From: Trichloromonas sp.
GTDB taxonomy: Bacteria; Desulfobacterota; Desulfuromonadia; Desulfuromonadales; Trichloromonadaceae
Reading direction: 5' to 3'
DNA length: 42,832 nt
Assembly (NCBI GenBank): GCA_041583595.1
Contig: JBFHFM010000001.1
Span: 1 to 42,832, forward strand
The notes under the pieces were generated by a model, which saw nothing but the letters and a program-made list of their open reading frames with translations, had not been told where the DNA came from and did not search any database. The position numbers were made by a program, and so were the translations under genes. This document shows, one piece after another, positions 22,500 through 35,269 of the stretch. Position 1 is the stretch's first letter. Every line of letters starts with the position of its first letter.

Positions 22500-24578
22500 T
22501 TACCCCTTAGCCTTGGCGATGATCTCTTCAGCGACAGCCTTAGGAACCTGCTCGTAGTGGTCAAAGGTCATAGTGTAGGTGGCACGTCCCTGCGTCGCAC
22601 TGCGCAGGTCAGTGGAGTAACCAAACATATTGGCCAACGGCACGTGAGCATTAATTACCTGAGCGGTACCACGGGACTCCATACCCATGATCCGACCACG
22701 ACGACTACTGAGGTCACCCATGACATCGCCCATGTAGTCCTCAGGGACGACAACTTCTACCTTCATGATCGGCTCAAGAATGACCGGTGCAGCCTTGGCA
22801 GCACCCTCCTTGAAGCCCATCGAACCAGCGATTTTAAAAGCCATCTCCGAGGAGTCAACATCGTGATAGGAACCGTCGTAACAGGTAACCATGATATCAA
22901 CCATAGGGAAACCGGCAATAACACCGAGCTCCGCAGCCTCTTCCGCGCCCTTGCCAACAGCGGGGATGTATTCTTTAGGAATAACACCACCCTTAACCGC
23001 GTCAACAAAGGTATACCCTGAACCCGGCTCCTGCGGCTCAATGCGCAACCAACAGTCGCCATACTGACCACGACCACCAGACTGACGGACGAACTTACCC
23101 TGAACCTCGACCTTTTTGGTAATGGTTTCACGGTAGGCCACTTGAGGCGCCCCGATATTACAGGCCACATTAAACTCACGCTTCATGCGGTCAATAATAA
23201 TTTCGAGGTGCAGTTCACCCATACCAGAAAGAATAGTCTGACCCGTCTCTTCGTCAGTACGGCTATAAAGGGAAGGATCCTCGGACAAAAGCTTGCCAAG
23301 AGCCACACCCATCTTTTCCTGGTCAGCCTTTGTTTTGGGCTCCACCGCAACATGAATAACGGGCTCCGGAAACTCCATGGACTCCAGCAGACAAACACTT
23401 TTCTCACCACAAAGCGTATCGCCTGTAGTGGTATACTTAAGACCAACCGCAGCGGCGATATCCCCGGAATAAACCAGTTTAATTTCTTCGCGCTTATTGG
23501 CATGCATCTTCAGCAAGCGACCGAAACGCTCTTTCTTTCCCTTGGTCGCATTAACAACCGAGGCGCCAGATTCAGCCACACCGGAATAAACGCGGAAAAA
23601 GGTCAACTGGCCAACAAACGGGTCAGTCATGATCTTAAAGGCAAGGGCCGCGAACGGACCAGCATCATCAGCCGGGCGGGTAATCTCTTCCTGAGTGTCA
23701 GGATCGATACCGCGAATAGCAGGAACGTCGGTCGGCGCAGGCATATAATCCACAACGGCGTCGAGCAAATTCTGCACACCCTTATTCTTAAATGCGCTGC
23801 CGCACAGAACGGGATTAATATGCAGAGAGGTCGTCACCCTACGGATGGCTGCCTTGATCTCAGCCACCGTGAGGTCCTCACCGCCGAGATACTTCTCCAT
23901 AAGCTGCTCATCATGAGAGCAAACCTCTTCGAGCATTGCCTCACGAGCAGCGGCAACCTCATCCACCATATCAGCAGGAATATCGATTTCGTCAAACTGA
24001 GCGCCCAACGATTCGTCATCCCAGACGATAGCTTTCATCTCGACCAGGTCGACAATACCCTTGAAATAGTCTTCTTTTCCGATTGGAAGCTGAAGAGGCA
24101 CCGGGTTGGCACCGAGGCGGTCCCGCATCATCTGAACGCCATGATTAAAATCGGCGCCGATGCGGTCCATTTTATTGATAAAAGCAAGACGGGGAACCCC
24201 GTACTTGTCAGCCTGACGCCATACCGTCTCAGACTGGGGCTCTACGCCACCAACTGAACAGAATACAGCGACTGCGCCGTCAAGCACACGCAGGGAACGT
24301 TCGACCTCAATAGTAAAGTCAACGTGACCTGGGGTATCGATAATATTGATACGGTGATCGTCCCAAAAACAGGTGGTCGCCGCAGAGGTGATAGTAATCC
24401 CACGCTCCTGCTCCTGCGCCATCCAGTCCATAGTGGCCGCGCCATCATGGACTTCACCGATTTTATGGGAAATACCGGTGTAATACAGAATGCGTTCGGT
24501 CGTAGTCGTCTTACCAGCATCAATATGTGCCATAATGCCGATATTACGAGTTCTTTTAAGAGGTACTAAACGTGCCAC
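22500..24578 (-). CDS. fusA: Elongation factor G
   Basis: [31 protein letters not shown]; GTG start. Confidence 0.99.
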   Translation of the reverse strand: MARLVPLKRTRNIGIMAHIDAGKTTTTERILYYTGISHKIGEVHDGAATMDWMAQEQERGITITSAATTCFWDDHRINIIDTPGHVDFTIEVERSLRVLDGAVAVFCSVGGVEPQSETVWRQADKYGVPRLAFINKMDRIGADFNHGVQMMRDRLGANPVPLQLPIGKEDYFKGIVDLVEMKAIVWDDESLGAQFDEIDIPADMVDEVAAAREAMLEEVCSHDEQLMEKYLGGEDLTVAEIKAAIRRVTTSLHINPVLCGSAFKNKGVQNLLDAVVDYMPAPTDVPAIRGIDPDTQEEITRPADDAGPFAALAFKIMTDPFVGQLTFFRVYSGVAESGASVVNATKGKKERFGRLLKMHANKREEIKLVYSGDIAAAVGLKYTTTGDTLCGEKSVCLLESMEFPEPVIHVAVEPKTKADQEKMGVALGKLLSEDPSLYSRTDEETGQTILSGMGELHLEIIIDRMKREFNVACNIGAPQVAYRETITKKVEVQGKFVRQSGGRGQYGDCWLRIEPQEPGSGYTFVDAVKGGVIPKEYIPAVGKGAEEAAELGVIAGFPMVDIMVTCYDGSYHDVDSSEMAFKIAGSMGFKEGAAKAAPVILEPIMKVEVVVPEDYMGDVMGDLSSRRGRIMGMESRGTAQVINAHVPLANMFGYSTDLRSATQGRATYTMTFDHYEQVPKAVAEEIIAKAKG

Positions 24579-24611
24579 GACTATCTATCCTCCACGAGGG
24601 ACTGTTTCAAA

Positions 24612-25082
24612 TTACCAGCGGTAATGAGCAAAAGCTTTATTCGCCTCTGCCATACGGTGGACATCTTCCTTCTTCTTCACCGACGCACCCCGATTATTGG
24701 CTGCATCGAGAAACTCACCCGCCAACCGCTCCTGCATGGTCTTTTCACCACGAGAAGCAGCATAACCAGAAATCCAACGCATCGCCAAAGCATTGCGACG
24801 ATCTGCACGGACCTCGATAGGCACCTGGTAAGTAGAACCACCAACACGCCGGGACTTAACCTCGAGCACAGGGCGCACATTCTCGACAGCCTTCTTGAAG
24901 ACCTCAAGAGGATCCTCACTAGACCGGGCGGCGACAAGATCAAAGGCCCCGTAGACGATCCGCTCCGCAGTACTCTTTTTACCATCAAGCATAATGCAGT
25001 TCATGAACTTGGCCAGCAACAGGTCATGATATTTAGGATCGGGAAGAATAACCCGCTTCGCAACTTCTCTTCTTCTTGGCAT
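24612..25082 (-). CDS. rpsG: 30S ribosomal protein S7
   Basis: [26 protein letters not shown]. Confidence 0.99.
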   Translation of the reverse strand: MPRRREVAKRVILPDPKYHDLLLAKFMNCIMLDGKKSTAERIVYGAFDLVAARSSEDPLEVFKKAVENVRPVLEVKSRRVGGSTYQVPIEVRADRRNALAMRWISGYAASRGEKTMQERLAGEFLDAANNRGASVKKKEDVHRMAEANKAFAHYRW

Positions 25083-25104
25083 AACGTCCTCTCAGACCTT
25101 TTCT

Positions 25105-25476
25105 TTATTTAGGCCGCTTGGCCCCATACTTCGAACGACTCTGCATCCGACCCTTAACTCCGGCAAGATCCAGAGTACCGCGGACGATATGGTAACGCAC
25201 ACCAGGCAAGTCCTTGACGCGGCCACCACGGATCAGCACTACTGAGTGCTCCTGAAGGTTGTGGCCCACACCAGGAATATACGAGGTCACGACGATCCCA
25301 TTAGTGAGGCGAACACGAGCAACCTTCCGCAGCGCGGAGTTTGGCTTCTTAGGGGTCGTCGTATATACACGGACACAAACACCACGCTTCTGGGGATTCC
25401 CCTTAAGCGCAGGCGCCGTTGACTTCCTTTCCTTTTTTTCGCGTCCCTTGCGGATCAACTGATTAATAGTCGGCAT
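25105..25476 (-). CDS. rpsL: 30S ribosomal protein S12
   Basis: [30 protein letters not shown]. Confidence 0.99.
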   Translation of the reverse strand: MPTINQLIRKGREKKERKSTAPALKGNPQKRGVCVRVYTTTPKKPNSALRKVARVRLTNGIVVTSYIPGVGHNLQEHSVVLIRGGRVKDLPGVRYHIVRGTLDLAGVKGRMQSRSKYGAKRPK

Positions 25477-25556
25477 CTACATACTCCCGAAATCGCTTAT
25501 TCTGTAGTTAAAAGAGCAACTGAACTAGTTTTTCCCGTGCGGGGAAAAACTCGCAG

Positions 25557-25605
25557 ACTTTATCAATCCGCCCAACCTTTGTCAAGATCTTTTCTCGTTT
25601 TTTTT
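25557..25605 (-). promoter_or_regulatory. sigma70 promoter of the str operon with A-rich UP-like element
   Basis: Minus strand TTGACA (25585-25580)-N17-TAAAGT (25562-25557), preceded by AAAAAAAACGAGAAAA. Confidence 0.75.
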
Positions 25606-25650
25606 CAAGATCTCAGGTTGGGCGGAGTTTATGCAAAAACAATCGATATT

Positions 25651-28600
25651 TCATACTTCTTCTGCTACATCCTCATCGTCATCGATCAGCTCTTCCTGAA
25701 CCACATTCACGACTTCAACGGGCTCCTCGATAAACAGCTTGGCGCTGCGATACTTGGACACCCCTGTCCCGGCCGGGATCAGACGGCCCATGATGACGTT
25801 TTCTTTGAGGCCCCGCAGGTAATCGACCTTCCCTTCGATCGCCGCCTGGGTGAGAACCTTGGTGGTCTCCTGAAAGGAAGCTGCCGAGATAAAAGACTCG
25901 GTAGAAAGAGAGGCCTTGGTAATACCGAGCATGAGGGGTTCCCCCACGGCCGGTTGCTGACCTTCAGCCATGACCCGCTGGTTTTCAACTTCGAACTCCC
26001 AGCGCTCGACTTGATCGTCGAGAAGGAATCGGGTATCCCCAACTTCCTTAATCCGGACCCGACGCAACATCTGCCGAACGATAGTCTCGATGTGCTTGTC
26101 GTTGATCTTAACACCCTGCAAACGATAGACCTCCTGGACCTCGTCGACAAGATACTTCGCCAGCTCTTTCTCTCCAAGAACCCGCAAAATATCGTGGGGG
26201 TTCGAGGACCCATCCATTAATGCCTCACCGGCAATAACATGGTCTCCCTCATGGACGCAGATATGCTTCCCTTTGGGGATGAGGTATTCCTTGGCCTCGC
26301 CGATTTCAGGGGTAACGATGACCTTACGCTTACCCTTGGAGTCCTTGCCGTACGAAACCAAACCGTCAATTTCAGAAATAACGGCAAACTCCTTCGGTTT
26401 CCGAGCCTCAAAGAGTTCGGCAACTCTCGGGAGACCACCGGTAATGTCCTTAGTCTTGGTCGTCTCGCGAGGGATTTTGGCCAGAATATCACCGGCGCTG
26501 ATCACCGTATCTTCGTTGACCACGATATTGGCGCCAACGGGGAGCATGTAACGAGCAGGCGCTCCGTTAGGCAGCTTGGCGGTTTTGCCGTCTTCATCCT
26601 TCAGGGTGATACGGGGACGCTTGTCGGCACCCTTCGACTCAATGATAACCTTCCGTGTCAGACCAGTGACCTCGTCAAGCTGTTCTTCCATGGAAACGTT
26701 TTCAAGGATGTCGCCAAACCGAACCCGACCAGGAATCTCGGTAAGGATCGGCATGGTGTACGGATCCCACTCGGCCAGCAGATCCCCGGTCTTAACCGCC
26801 CCTTCGGGAGCGATACGCAGGCGGGCACCGTAAACGACGCCGTAACGCTCACGCTCACGACCGGTCTCATCAACAACCGCCACTTCACCGTTGCGGTTCA
26901 TGACAACGTGGTGACCTAGCTTATCGACAACCGTATTGAGGTTGATGTACCGCATGACCCCGTCAAAACGGGACTCCAATGAAGTCTGCTCAGCCCGACG
27001 TGAAGCCGTACCACCGATATGGAAAGTACGCATGGTCAGCTGAGTACCAGGCTCGCCGATGGACTGGGCGGCAATGACGCCGACCGCTTCACCCAGGTTG
27101 ACCAAGTGTCCCCGGGCCAGATCACGGCCGTAACAGGTGGCACAAATGCCGCGACGACTCTGGCAGGTAAGAACCGAGCGGATCCGCAGGCGTTCGATGC
27201 CGGCAGCCTCGATCTTCTCGACCAGGGTTTCATCAATGGCCTGATTGGCCTCAACCAGAACGTCGCCAGTCAATGGGTCGAGAACGTCTTCCAGCGCGGT
27301 CCGACCGAGGATCCGGTCACCAAGATGCTCTATAACCTCACCACCCTCGGTGAGAGAAGAGACCAGGATACCGTCGAAGGTTCCACAATCCTGCTCGGTG
27401 ATAATGGCGTCCTGCGCCACATCGACCAGACGACGAGTCAGATAACCGGAGTTTGCGGTCTTCAGTGCGGTGTCGGCCAGACCCTTACGAGCACCGTGAG
27501 TCGAGATAAAGTACTGGAGCACCGTCAACCCCTCACGGAAGTTGGCGGTGATCGGCGTCTCGATAATTTCACCCGAAGGCTTGGCCATCAGACCACGCAT
27601 ACCAGCCAACTGACGAATCTGTTGAGCGCTGCCTCGGGCACCAGAATCGGCCATCATGTGAATAGCGTTGAACGAGGACACCTTGACCGGAGTCATGTCC
27701 TTGCTCCCCTCCGGCGGATGAACAATATCCACCGAAAGGTTACCAAGCATGGTCTGAGCAATATCCTCAGTACACTTGGCCCAGATGTCAATGACCTTGT
27801 TGTAACGTTCACCGTCAGTGATCAGACCTTCGGTGTATTGCTGCTGAATCTCGCGAACTTCGTCAACCGCCCGGTCGATATGCTCCTGCTTGGACTCAGG
27901 GATAACCATGTCGTCCAAACAGATAGAAATACCGGAGATCGTGGAGAACCGGTAACCGGTTTCCTTAAGACGATCAGCCAGGATAACGGTTTCCTTGTTG
28001 CCAGCAAGGCGGAAAGCCTCGTCGATCAGTTCGGCAACCTGTTTTTTACCCATAACCCGGTTAATCGAACTGAACGGAAGGATGTCGGGGACGATGTCCC
28101 GCAGAAGCACACGCCCGGTCGTGGTTTCGACCAGAACCGGAGCCCCGCCGAGTTCAACCGCCATGCGTACTTTGATTTTTGCCTGCAGGTCGACTTCTTC
28201 GGCATCATAAGCGATTCGCAACTCTTCAGGTGATGAGAAGATCCGTCCTTCACCTTTGACAAAAACGCGATCGCGAGTCATGTAATAAAGACCGAGAACC
28301 ATGTCCTGTGACGGAACGATAATCGGCTTGCCGTTGGCCGGTGAGAGGATGTTATTGGTCGACATCATCAGCACACGTGCCTCGATCTGGCTCTCGATGG
28401 AGAGGGGCAGATGGACAGCCATCTGGTCACCGTCGAAGTCAGCGTTAAAAGCGGTACATACCAACGGGTGCAACTGGATTGCCTTGCCTTCAATCAATAC
28501 CGGCTCAAACGCCTGGATACCGAGGCGGTGCAATGTCGGGGCCCGGTTGAGCATAACCGGATGTTCCTTGATAACCTCCTCAAGAACGTCCCACACCTCC

Positions 28601-29817
28601 GGCTTTTCTTTCTCCACCATTTTCTTGGCGCTCTTGATGGTGGTGCAGAAACCGCGCTCTTCCAGCTTGTTGTAGATAAAAGGCTTAAAGAGCTCGAGAG
28701 CCATTTTCTTCGGCAGGCCACACTGATGCAGTTTGAGCTCGGGACCAACCACGATAACGCTACGACCAGAGTAGTCGACACGCTTGCCGAGCAGGGTGTG
28801 GCGGACACGTCCGCCCGTGCCCTTGAGCCTGTCGGAGCGCGACTTAAGCGGACGCTTGTTGGGCCCTGTGATGGCCCGGCCACGCCGGCCGTTATCAAAG
28901 AGGGCGTCAACCGACTCCTGCAACATCCGCTTTTCGTTGCGGATGATAACTTCGGGTGCCCGAAGTTCCATCAACCGCTTGAGACGGTTGTTGCGATTAA
29001 TGACCCGGCGATAAAGGTCGTTAAGGTCAGAGGTAGCAAACCGGCCGCCATCCAGGGGGACAAGCGGACGCAGTTCCGGCGGCAGCACCGGGATGGTTTC
29101 GAGAATCATCCACTCGGGACGATTACCGCTCTGCTTGAACGCCTCAATGATCTTGAGCCGTTTGGACGTTTTTTTACGCTTGGCTTCGCTGGTGGCATCC
29201 TTCATCTCACCACGCAACTGTTCCGCCAATCCGACCAGGTCCATTTCTTCAAGCAGATCACGAATAGCTTCAGCACCCATGCTGGCAGTAAACTGGCCGG
29301 CAAATTCGTCCATCACTTCGCGATATTTATCTTCGCTGAGAATCTGCCCCAATTCCAGTGGGGTATCCCCTTTATCCAGAACGATATAAGCCTCAAAGTA
29401 GAGAATTCTTTCAACATCTTTGAGGGTCAAATCGAGCAGGGTTGAAATCCTCGACGGCAACGACTTGAGAAACCAGATATGGGCGACCGGACAAGCCAGG
29501 TCGATATGCCCCAGGCGCTCGCGACGGACCTTGCTGGGAATAACTTCAACGCCACACTTTTCACAAACGATACCACGGTGCTTCATGCGCTTGTATTTGC
29601 CGCAGTTACACTCGTAGTCCTTGGTCGGACCAAAGATTTTGGCACAGAACAGACCATCCCGCTCCGGCTTGAACGTCCGGTAATTAATGGTTTCCGGCTT
29701 TTTTACCTCCCCGAACGAGCGTTCGCGGATCTTCTCCGGCGACGCCAGGGAGAGCCGGATCGCATTGAAGCTAAGGGGATCCTTCGGCCGATCAAATAGA
29801 CTGAAGATATCTTCCAA
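25651..29817 (-). CDS. rpoC: RNA polymerase beta' subunit
   Basis: Zn ribbon CNCGKYK..CEKC, catalytic [20 protein letters not shown]; TTG start with GGAGG RBS. Anomalous switch-2 segment (see findings). Confidence 0.99.
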   Translation of the reverse strand: MEDIFSLFDRPKDPLSFNAIRLSLASPEKIRERSFGEVKKPETINYRTFKPERDGLFCAKIFGPTKDYECNCGKYKRMKHRGIVCEKCGVEVIPSKVRRERLGHIDLACPVAHIWFLKSLPSRISTLLDLTLKDVERILYFEAYIVLDKGDTPLELGQILSEDKYREVMDEFAGQFTASMGAEAIRDLLEEMDLVGLAEQLRGEMKDATSEAKRKKTSKRLKIIEAFKQSGNRPEWMILETIPVLPPELRPLVPLDGGRFATSDLNDLYRRVINRNNRLKRLMELRAPEVIIRNEKRMLQESVDALFDNGRRGRAITGPNKRPLKSRSDRLKGTGGRVRHTLLGKRVDYSGRSVIVVGPELKLHQCGLPKKMALELFKPFIYNKLEERGFCTTIKSAKKMVEKEKPEVWDVLEEVIKEHPVMLNRAPTLHRLGIQAFEPVLIEGKAIQLHPLVCTAFNADFDGDQMAVHLPLSIESQIEARVLMMSTNNILSPANGKPIIVPSQDMVLGLYYMTRDRVFVKGEGRIFSSPEELRIAYDAEEVDLQAKIKVRMAVELGGAPVLVETTTGRVLLRDIVPDILPFSSINRVMGKKQVAELIDEAFRLAGNKETVILADRLKETGYRFSTISGISICLDDMVIPESKQEHIDRAVDEVREIQQQYTEGLITDGERYNKVIDIWAKCTEDIAQTMLGNLSVDIVHPPEGSKDMTPVKVSSFNAIHMMADSGARGSAQQIRQLAGMRGLMAKPSGEIIETPITANFREGLTVLQYFISTHGARKGLADTALKTANSGYLTRRLVDVAQDAIITEQDCGTFDGILVSSLTEGGEVIEHLGDRILGRTALEDVLDPLTGDVLVEANQAIDETLVEKIEAAGIERLRIRSVLTCQSRRGICATCYGRDLARGHLVNLGEAVGVIAAQSIGEPGTQLTMRTFHIGGTASRRAEQTSLESRFDGVMRYINLNTVVDKLGHHVVMNRNGEVAVVDETGRERERYGVVYGARLRIAPEGAVKTGDLLAEWDPYTMPILTEIPGRVRFGDILENVSMEEQLDEVTGLTRKVIIESKGADKRPRITLKDEDGKTAKLPNGAPARYMLPVGANIVVNEDTVISAGDILAKIPRETTKTKDITGGLPRVAELFEARKPKEFAVISEIDGLVSYGKDSKGKRKVIVTPEIGEAKEYLIPKGKHICVHEGDHVIAGEALMDGSSNPHDILRVLGEKELAKYLVDEVQEVYRLQGVKINDKHIETIVRQMLRRVRIKEVGDTRFLLDDQVERWEFEVENQRVMAEGQQPAVGEPLMLGITKASLSTESFISAASFQETTKVLTQAAIEGKVDYLRGLKENVIMGRLIPAGTGVSKYRSAKLFIEEPVEVVNVVQEELIDDDEDVAEEV

Positions 29818-29861
29818 AACGCATCCTCCTTGTGGGATGGTGGTTTATTTTATGCTGTAAG

Positions 29862-29889
29862 CCGCCAACCACCGGCTAGCGGTTGGCGG
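29862..29889. repeat. Inverted repeat between rpoB and rpoC
   Basis: CCGCCAACC-N10-GGTTGGCGG perfect 9-bp arms; no U-tract. Confidence 0.7.
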
Positions 29890-29901
29890 GTGATGCTGCA
29901 G

Positions 29902-32900
29902 CTAATCTTCTTCTTCGAGAAGCTCAACGTCGAGGCACAGCGACTGCAGTTCCTTAACCAGTACGTTGAAAGACTCGGGAAGTCCCGCTTCAAGGGTTTG
30001 CTTGCCCTTGACGATGGCCTCATACATACGGGTCCGTCCAGCCACGTCATCCGACTTGACGGTAAGGAATTCCTGCAACGCATGCGCCGCCCCGTAGGCC
30101 TCAAGGGCCCAGACTTCCATCTCTCCGAGACGCTGACCACCAAACTGGGCCTTGCCGCCAAGAGGCTGCTGAGTGACCAAGCTGTAAGGGCCGATACTCC
30201 GAGCATGGATTTTGTCATCGACCAGATGGTGCAACTTGAGGATATACATAATTCCGACGGTAACCTGTTCTTTAAAAGGAACACCCGTCTTGCCGTTATG
30301 CAGGGTCATCTGGCCACTTTTCAGGAAACCAGCACGAGCCATCTCGTTCTTCATCTGTTCTTCATTGACTCCCTCAAAAACTGGGGAAGCCATCGGTACG
30401 CCATGTGAGAGACGCCGCGCCAGCGCGAGCGTTTCATCCTCGGACAGACCATCAATAAAAGCGTCCAGCTCAGGATTGCTATAGACATCCTTAACCTTGG
30501 CCTTCATGGCCTCGGTGCTGAAATTTTTATCCATGACAGCTTGAATCTGCATACCAAGACCGCGAGCAGCAAGGCCCAGATGGGTCTCGAGAATCTGTCC
30601 GACGTTCATACGAGAAGGAACGCCCAAAGGATTGAGAACGATCTCGACCGGAGTGCCGTCAGCCATGTAAGGCATGTCCTCGACCGGAAGAATCCGCGAA
30701 AGGACACCCTTATTACCGTGGCGACCGGCCATCTTGTCACCAACCTGCAGCTTACGCTTAATGGCGACATAAACCTTAACCATTTTGATGACTCCCGGAG
30801 GGAGGTCATCGCCACGCTTAAGCTTTTCGATCTTGTCGGAAAAGACTCCTTTGATCAGCTCTTCACGATCAGCCAGGCGGGCAAAAAGCGTTGTCACTTT
30901 TTCTTCGACATCGCCTTCGCCAACCAGAGAGATCTCTTGCCACTGGCGGAACGGCACCTTGAGGAGCAATTCAGCGGTGATTTTTTTCCCTTTTGCAAGC
31001 AGAGTCTGACCGTCATCATCGGCAATGGTAACCGCTGAGGTCTGACCGACCATCAGATTTTTCAATTTCCCCTTGGCCGAATCACGGATGATCGCGATCT
31101 CATCGTTTTGATCCTTGAGGAGCTTGTCAATCTCTGTCTTTTCTATGTACTCGGTACGGCTGTCCTTATCGGACCCCTTACGGGAAAAGACCCTGGCGCC
31201 GATAACGACCCCTTCGACCCCTGGCGGAACCCGCATGGAGGTATCACGGACATCGCCGGCTTTTTCACCGAAAATGGCGCGCAACAGTTTTTCTTCAGGC
31301 GAAAGCTGGGTTTCACCTTTAGGGGTGATTTTACCAACCATAATGTCGCCGGGTTTAACCTCGGCGCCAATTCGAATGATACCACTTTCGTCGAGATCGG
31401 CCAGGGCGTCCTCGCCGAGATTAGGGATATCGTCGGTGATCTCTTCCTTGCCGAGCTTGGTGTCACGGGCCACACATTCGAATTCTTCAATATGAATCGA
31501 GGTGTAGCGATCCTCCTTGACCAGCTTCTCGGAAATCAGAATCGAGTCCTCGAAGTTGTACCCTTCCCAAGGCATGAAGGCGACCAACACGTTCTGTCCC
31601 AATGCCAGCTCCCCCCACTGAGTCGAGGGTCCGTCGGCAATCATCTCACCGCGCTTGACCTTGTCACCGATCTTGACGATCGGCTTCTGGTTAAGACAGG
31701 TGTTCTGGTTGGAACGGGCGAATTTGGTCAGGGTATAGATATCGACCCCGGTACCGGTTTCATCAACCTCACCCTCGTCGATCTTGACCACGATACGAGC
31801 GGCGTCGACACTTTCAACGATACCGTTATGCCGGGCAACCACAGCCGCACCGGAGTCATGAGCAACAATCCGCTCCATGCCGGTACCGACCAGTGGTGCG
31901 TCAGCCCGCAGCAAGGGAACGGCCTGACGCTGCATGTTCGAACCCATCAGGGCGCGATTGGCGTCGTCATTTTCAAGGAAAGGAATCAACGCTGCGGCGA
32001 CCGAGACCAGCTGCTTGGGCGAAACGTCCATCAGCTCAATCTCTTCCCGGTTCATCAGCATGAACTCGCCACTTTTGCGGGCGTTGACCAGCTCATTGAC
32101 GAACGTGCCGTCCTCATTGAGCGGGGCATTCGCCTGGGCGATCGCGTGTCCTTCTTCCTCGAGCGCGGAGAAGTAGTTGATCTCTTTGGTTACAAGACCG
32201 TCCCTGACCAGTCGATACGGCGTTTCAACGAAACCATGTTCGTTAATCCGGGCGTAAGTCGAGAGCGAGGCTATCAGGCCGATGTTCGGACCTTCAGGAG
32301 TCTCGATCGGGCAGACCCGGCCATAATGGGTCGGATGCACGTCTCGGACTTCAAAACCAGCACGCTCACGAGTAAGTCCCCCAGGTCCAAGGGCCGACAG
32401 GCGGCGCTTGTGGGTGATCTCGGACAGCGGATTGGTCTGATCCATAAACTGGGACAGTTGCGACGACCCAAAGAACTCTTTGACCACCGCAGAAACCGGT
32501 TTGGAGTTGATCAGATCATGAGGCATGAGGCTGTCAACTTCCTGCAGGCTCATCCGCTCCTTGATAGCGCGTTCCATGCGCACCAGACCGACTCGATACT
32601 GGTTTTCGAGCAGTTCTCCAACAGCGCGTACCCGGCGATTGCCGAGATGGTCGATGTCATCAATCGCCCCCTTGCCGTTACGCAAATCGATCAGGTAACG
32701 CACCACCTCAAGAATGTCTTCCTGAGTCAGAGTAGTGTGCTCGAGGGGGACTTTCAATCCAAGTTTGTAGTTCAACTTAAGCCGGCCAACGGCCGACAGG
32801 TCATAACGCTCGGCATTGAAAAACAGACTTTCGAATAACGCCTTGGCGCTGCGAATGGTCGGCGGATCGCCGGGGCGTAGACGGCGGTAGATCTCGATCA

Positions 32901-34008
32901 TGCCCTCGTCCGGGGTCGTGATCTTGTCCTGCAGCAGCGTCTCACGCAGATACGGTCCAACGTAAAGATTATCGATGAACAGTACCTTGAATTCATTGAT
33001 ACCACGAGAGCGCAGATCCTCGATCCGCTCGGCGGTCACTTCCTCGTTGCACTCGATAACAACTTCGCCGGTGGCGGTGTCGACAATATCGGTCGAGGTG
33101 ATTTTGCCAAGCACACCCTCTTCGGTGATCTTGATAAATTCAATCTGCTTTTCGGCAATTTTCTTCACCGACGCTTTGGTAAATTTGCGGTTCGCCTTGA
33201 CGATTATTTCTCCATCGCCATCAACCACATCAAAACTGGAGCGTTGACCCAAAAGCAAAGCCGGATTAGCCCGTTTTTTATACCCCTCACCATCAATGAT
33301 GATATCCTCAACGTCATAGTAGTAGTTGAGAAGTTCCTCAGCACTATAGCCAAGAGCTTTAAGAAGCACCGTGGCTGGCAGTTTGCGGCGGCGGTCGATA
33401 CGGACGTAAAGAATATCTTTATGGTCAAAGTCGAAGTCGAGCCAGGATCCACGGTAAGGAATCACCCGGGCACTGTAGAGTATCTTGCCACTGGAATGAG
33501 TTTTCCCTTTGTCGTGGTCGTAAAAGACGCCTGGGGAGCGATGCAACTGGCTGACAATGACCCGTTCGGTCCCGTTGATAATGAAGGTTCCGTTTTCGGT
33601 CATCAGCGGAATTTCACCGAAGTAAACTTCCTGCTCTTTTATATCCCGAATGGACTGGACGCCGGATTCTTTGTCCACATCCCAGGAAACCAGGCGGACC
33701 CGTACCTTAACCGGAGACGCGAACGTCATGCCCCGTTGATGACATTCATCGACATCATATTTGGGCACGCCCAGCGAATACGAAACGTACTCGAGGGAAC
33801 AAGTCTCGCTGAAATCACGGATCGGAAACACGGAACGGAATACGGCCTCAAGGCCGATATTCTGCCGTGCCGAAGGAGGCAACTCCGCCTGAAGAAAACG
33901 CTTGTAGGAATTTTTCTGAATATCGATCAGGTTGGGAATGTCGATAATCCGCTGAACTTCAGCGAAATGTTTCCTCAGAAGCTGGTTATTCGCGATCGAA
34001 TAAGCCAT
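29902..34008 (-). CDS. rpoB: RNA polymerase beta subunit
   Basis: [48 protein letters not shown]. Start at ATG 34008 after AAGGAG. Confidence 0.99.
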   Translation of the reverse strand: MAYSIANNQLLRKHFAEVQRIIDIPNLIDIQKNSYKRFLQAELPPSARQNIGLEAVFRSVFPIRDFSETCSLEYVSYSLGVPKYDVDECHQRGMTFASPVKVRVRLVSWDVDKESGVQSIRDIKEQEVYFGEIPLMTENGTFIINGTERVIVSQLHRSPGVFYDHDKGKTHSSGKILYSARVIPYRGSWLDFDFDHKDILYVRIDRRRKLPATVLLKALGYSAEELLNYYYDVEDIIIDGEGYKKRANPALLLGQRSSFDVVDGDGEIIVKANRKFTKASVKKIAEKQIEFIKITEEGVLGKITSTDIVDTATGEVVIECNEEVTAERIEDLRSRGINEFKVLFIDNLYVGPYLRETLLQDKITTPDEGMIEIYRRLRPGDPPTIRSAKALFESLFFNAERYDLSAVGRLKLNYKLGLKVPLEHTTLTQEDILEVVRYLIDLRNGKGAIDDIDHLGNRRVRAVGELLENQYRVGLVRMERAIKERMSLQEVDSLMPHDLINSKPVSAVVKEFFGSSQLSQFMDQTNPLSEITHKRRLSALGPGGLTRERAGFEVRDVHPTHYGRVCPIETPEGPNIGLIASLSTYARINEHGFVETPYRLVRDGLVTKEINYFSALEEEGHAIAQANAPLNEDGTFVNELVNARKSGEFMLMNREEIELMDVSPKQLVSVAAALIPFLENDDANRALMGSNMQRQAVPLLRADAPLVGTGMERIVAHDSGAAVVARHNGIVESVDAARIVVKIDEGEVDETGTGVDIYTLTKFARSNQNTCLNQKPIVKIGDKVKRGEMIADGPSTQWGELALGQNVLVAFMPWEGYNFEDSILISEKLVKEDRYTSIHIEEFECVARDTKLGKEEITDDIPNLGEDALADLDESGIIRIGAEVKPGDIMVGKITPKGETQLSPEEKLLRAIFGEKAGDVRDTSMRVPPGVEGVVIGARVFSRKGSDKDSRTEYIEKTEIDKLLKDQNDEIAIIRDSAKGKLKNLMVGQTSAVTIADDDGQTLLAKGKKITAELLLKVPFRQWQEISLVGEGDVEEKVTTLFARLADREELIKGVFSDKIEKLKRGDDLPPGVIKMVKVYVAIKRKLQVGDKMAGRHGNKGVLSRILPVEDMPYMADGTPVEIVLNPLGVPSRMNVGQILETHLGLAARGLGMQIQAVMDKNFSTEAMKAKVKDVYSNPELDAFIDGLSEDETLALARRLSHGVPMASPVFEGVNEEQMKNEMARAGFLKSGQMTLHNGKTGVPFKEQVTVGIMYILKLHHLVDDKIHARSIGPYSLVTQQPLGGKAQFGGQRLGEMEVWALEAYGAAHALQEFLTVKSDDVAGRTRMYEAIVKGKQTLEAGLPESFNVLVKELQSLCLDVELLEEED

Positions 34009-34025
34009 GGTTTCTCCTTTAGGTA

Positions 34026-34068
34026 ACGAAAGTAGAATAGCCAAGGCCGCACACGGCGACCTTGGCTA
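34026..34068 (-). terminator. rplL-rpoB attenuator-like hairpin
   Basis: Minus strand TAGCCAAGGTCGC-CGTGT-GCGGCCTTGGCTA then TTCTACTTT; same position as the known E. coli rplL-rpoB attenuator. Confidence 0.6.
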
Positions 34069-34092
34069 AAGGCGAAACTATCGAGCCGTAAG

Positions 34093-34476
34093 CTACTTGA
34101 GCTCCACGGTGGCGCCGGACTCTTCGAGCTGCTTTTTGAGTTCTTCGGCTTCAGCTTTGGAAGCACCTTCTTTGATGGCCTTGGGAGCGCCGTCAACAAG
34201 ATCTTTGGCTTCTTTGAGGCCCAGGCCAGTAGCGGCACGGACAACTTTGATGACGTTGATTTTCTTCTCGCCGGCAGCAACCAGAATGACGTCAAATTCG
34301 TCTTTTTCCTCAACTGCTGCAGCTTCGCCACCAGCAGCAGGGCCAGCAGCAACAGCCACAGGAGCGGCAGCAGAAACGCCGAATTTCTCTTCGAGTTCTT
34401 TGACCAGTTCAGCCAGTTCAAGAACGGTCATCTTCTCGATAAATTCTACAACTTGCTCTTTGGTGATTTCAGCCAT
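34093..34476 (-). CDS. rplL: 50S ribosomal protein L7/L12
   Basis: [33 protein letters not shown]. Confidence 0.99.
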   Translation of the reverse strand: MAEITKEQVVEFIEKMTVLELAELVKELEEKFGVSAAAPVAVAAGPAAGGEAAAVEEKDEFDVILVAAGEKKINVIKVVRAATGLGLKEAKDLVDGAPKAIKEGASKAEAEELKKQLEESGATVELK

Positions 34477-34513
34477 GATCTATATCCTCCGAAATGGTTT
34501 TATCTGAAAAAAG

Positions 34514-35032
34514 TTAGGCGGCTTTTTGGTCCTGGATTGCGGCCAGAACCTGAACCAGCGATCGCGGAATGGCCGCGAGTACACCGACGAAGTTGGATGC
34601 CGGAGCATTAAGGGAACCAAGCATTTTAGCCAGAAGCACTTCACGGCTAGGCAGTTCGGCAAGTGCCTTAATGTCTTCGATAGAAAGCAATTTTCCATCG
34701 AGAGCACCAGCTTTGAGTTCAAACTTAGCATTGGCCTTGGCAAACTCGGTCAGGACCTTGGCAGGAGCCACCGGATCGCCCAATACAATGGCGATGGCCG
34801 AAGGTCCAGTAAGATAGTCATTAAGACACTCAGCACCAGTTCCTTTAGCTGCCAGTTTCACCAGAGTATTTTTAGCTACCTGATATTCAACCGATACACC
34901 GCGCAGTTCACCACGCAGCTTGTTGACCTGTTCAACATTCAGCCCGCGATAGTCTGCGAGGAACGAAGCTTTAGCCGAAGCCAGTTTTTTCGCCAGTTCT
35001 GCGACAACCTGTTCTTTACTCGATTTGTTCAA
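34514..35032 (-). CDS. rplJ: 50S ribosomal protein L10
   Basis: [19 protein letters not shown]. Start is TTG at 35032 after AAAGGAGG; the ORF-track extension is leader sequence. Confidence 0.96.
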   Translation of the reverse strand: MNKSSKEQVVAELAKKLASAKASFLADYRGLNVEQVNKLRGELRGVSVEYQVAKNTLVKLAAKGTGAECLNDYLTGPSAIAIVLGDPVAPAKVLTEFAKANAKFELKAGALDGKLLSIEDIKALAELPSREVLLAKMLGSLNAPASNFVGVLAAIPRSLVQVLAAIQDQKAA

Positions 35033-35059
35033 CGTCTCTCCTCCTTTCTGTTTGATCTG

Positions 35060-35190
35060 GGGATCCTGAAGATCCCGAGCCCCTGTCAGAGGTGGTAATG
35101 AGAGACGGTCAAGCCCGTCGCTCCATTCTTCAGCCTCGGCAGGCGGATTAACCATTAAACTCTCGCTGAGAGTGCCTGCTGTCTTTGACC
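35060..35190 (-). promoter_or_regulatory. L10 leader (rplJ autoregulatory RNA)
   Basis: Minus strand AAGACAGCAGG...TTAA...CCTGCCGAGG upstream of rplJ matches the L10-leader signature. Boundaries approximate. Confidence 0.8.
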
Positions 35191-35218
35191 AGGAGCGTTG
35201 AGAATTACTCAACGGCGA

Positions 35219-35269
35219 CGGCTCGCAATAAACTTGCGAGCCGCATGAAAGGCAGTGAGTACTGCCTTT
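35219..35269. repeat. Two tandem hairpins after rplA
   Basis: CGGCTCGCAA-N5-TTGCGAGCCG (35219-35243) and AAAGGCAGT-N4-ACTGCCTTT (35248-35269). Confidence 0.75.

Noticed and set aside
32370-32470. RpoB rifampicin-resistance cluster and RpsL streptomycin sites checked for resistance alleles
   Set aside because: [24 protein letters not shown] and KKPNS/RVKDLP are wild-type-like.
35033-35212. 59-aa N-terminal extension of L10 in the ORF track
   Set aside because: It overlaps the L10 leader RNA; a strong SD plus TTG at 35032 gives a normal-length L10.
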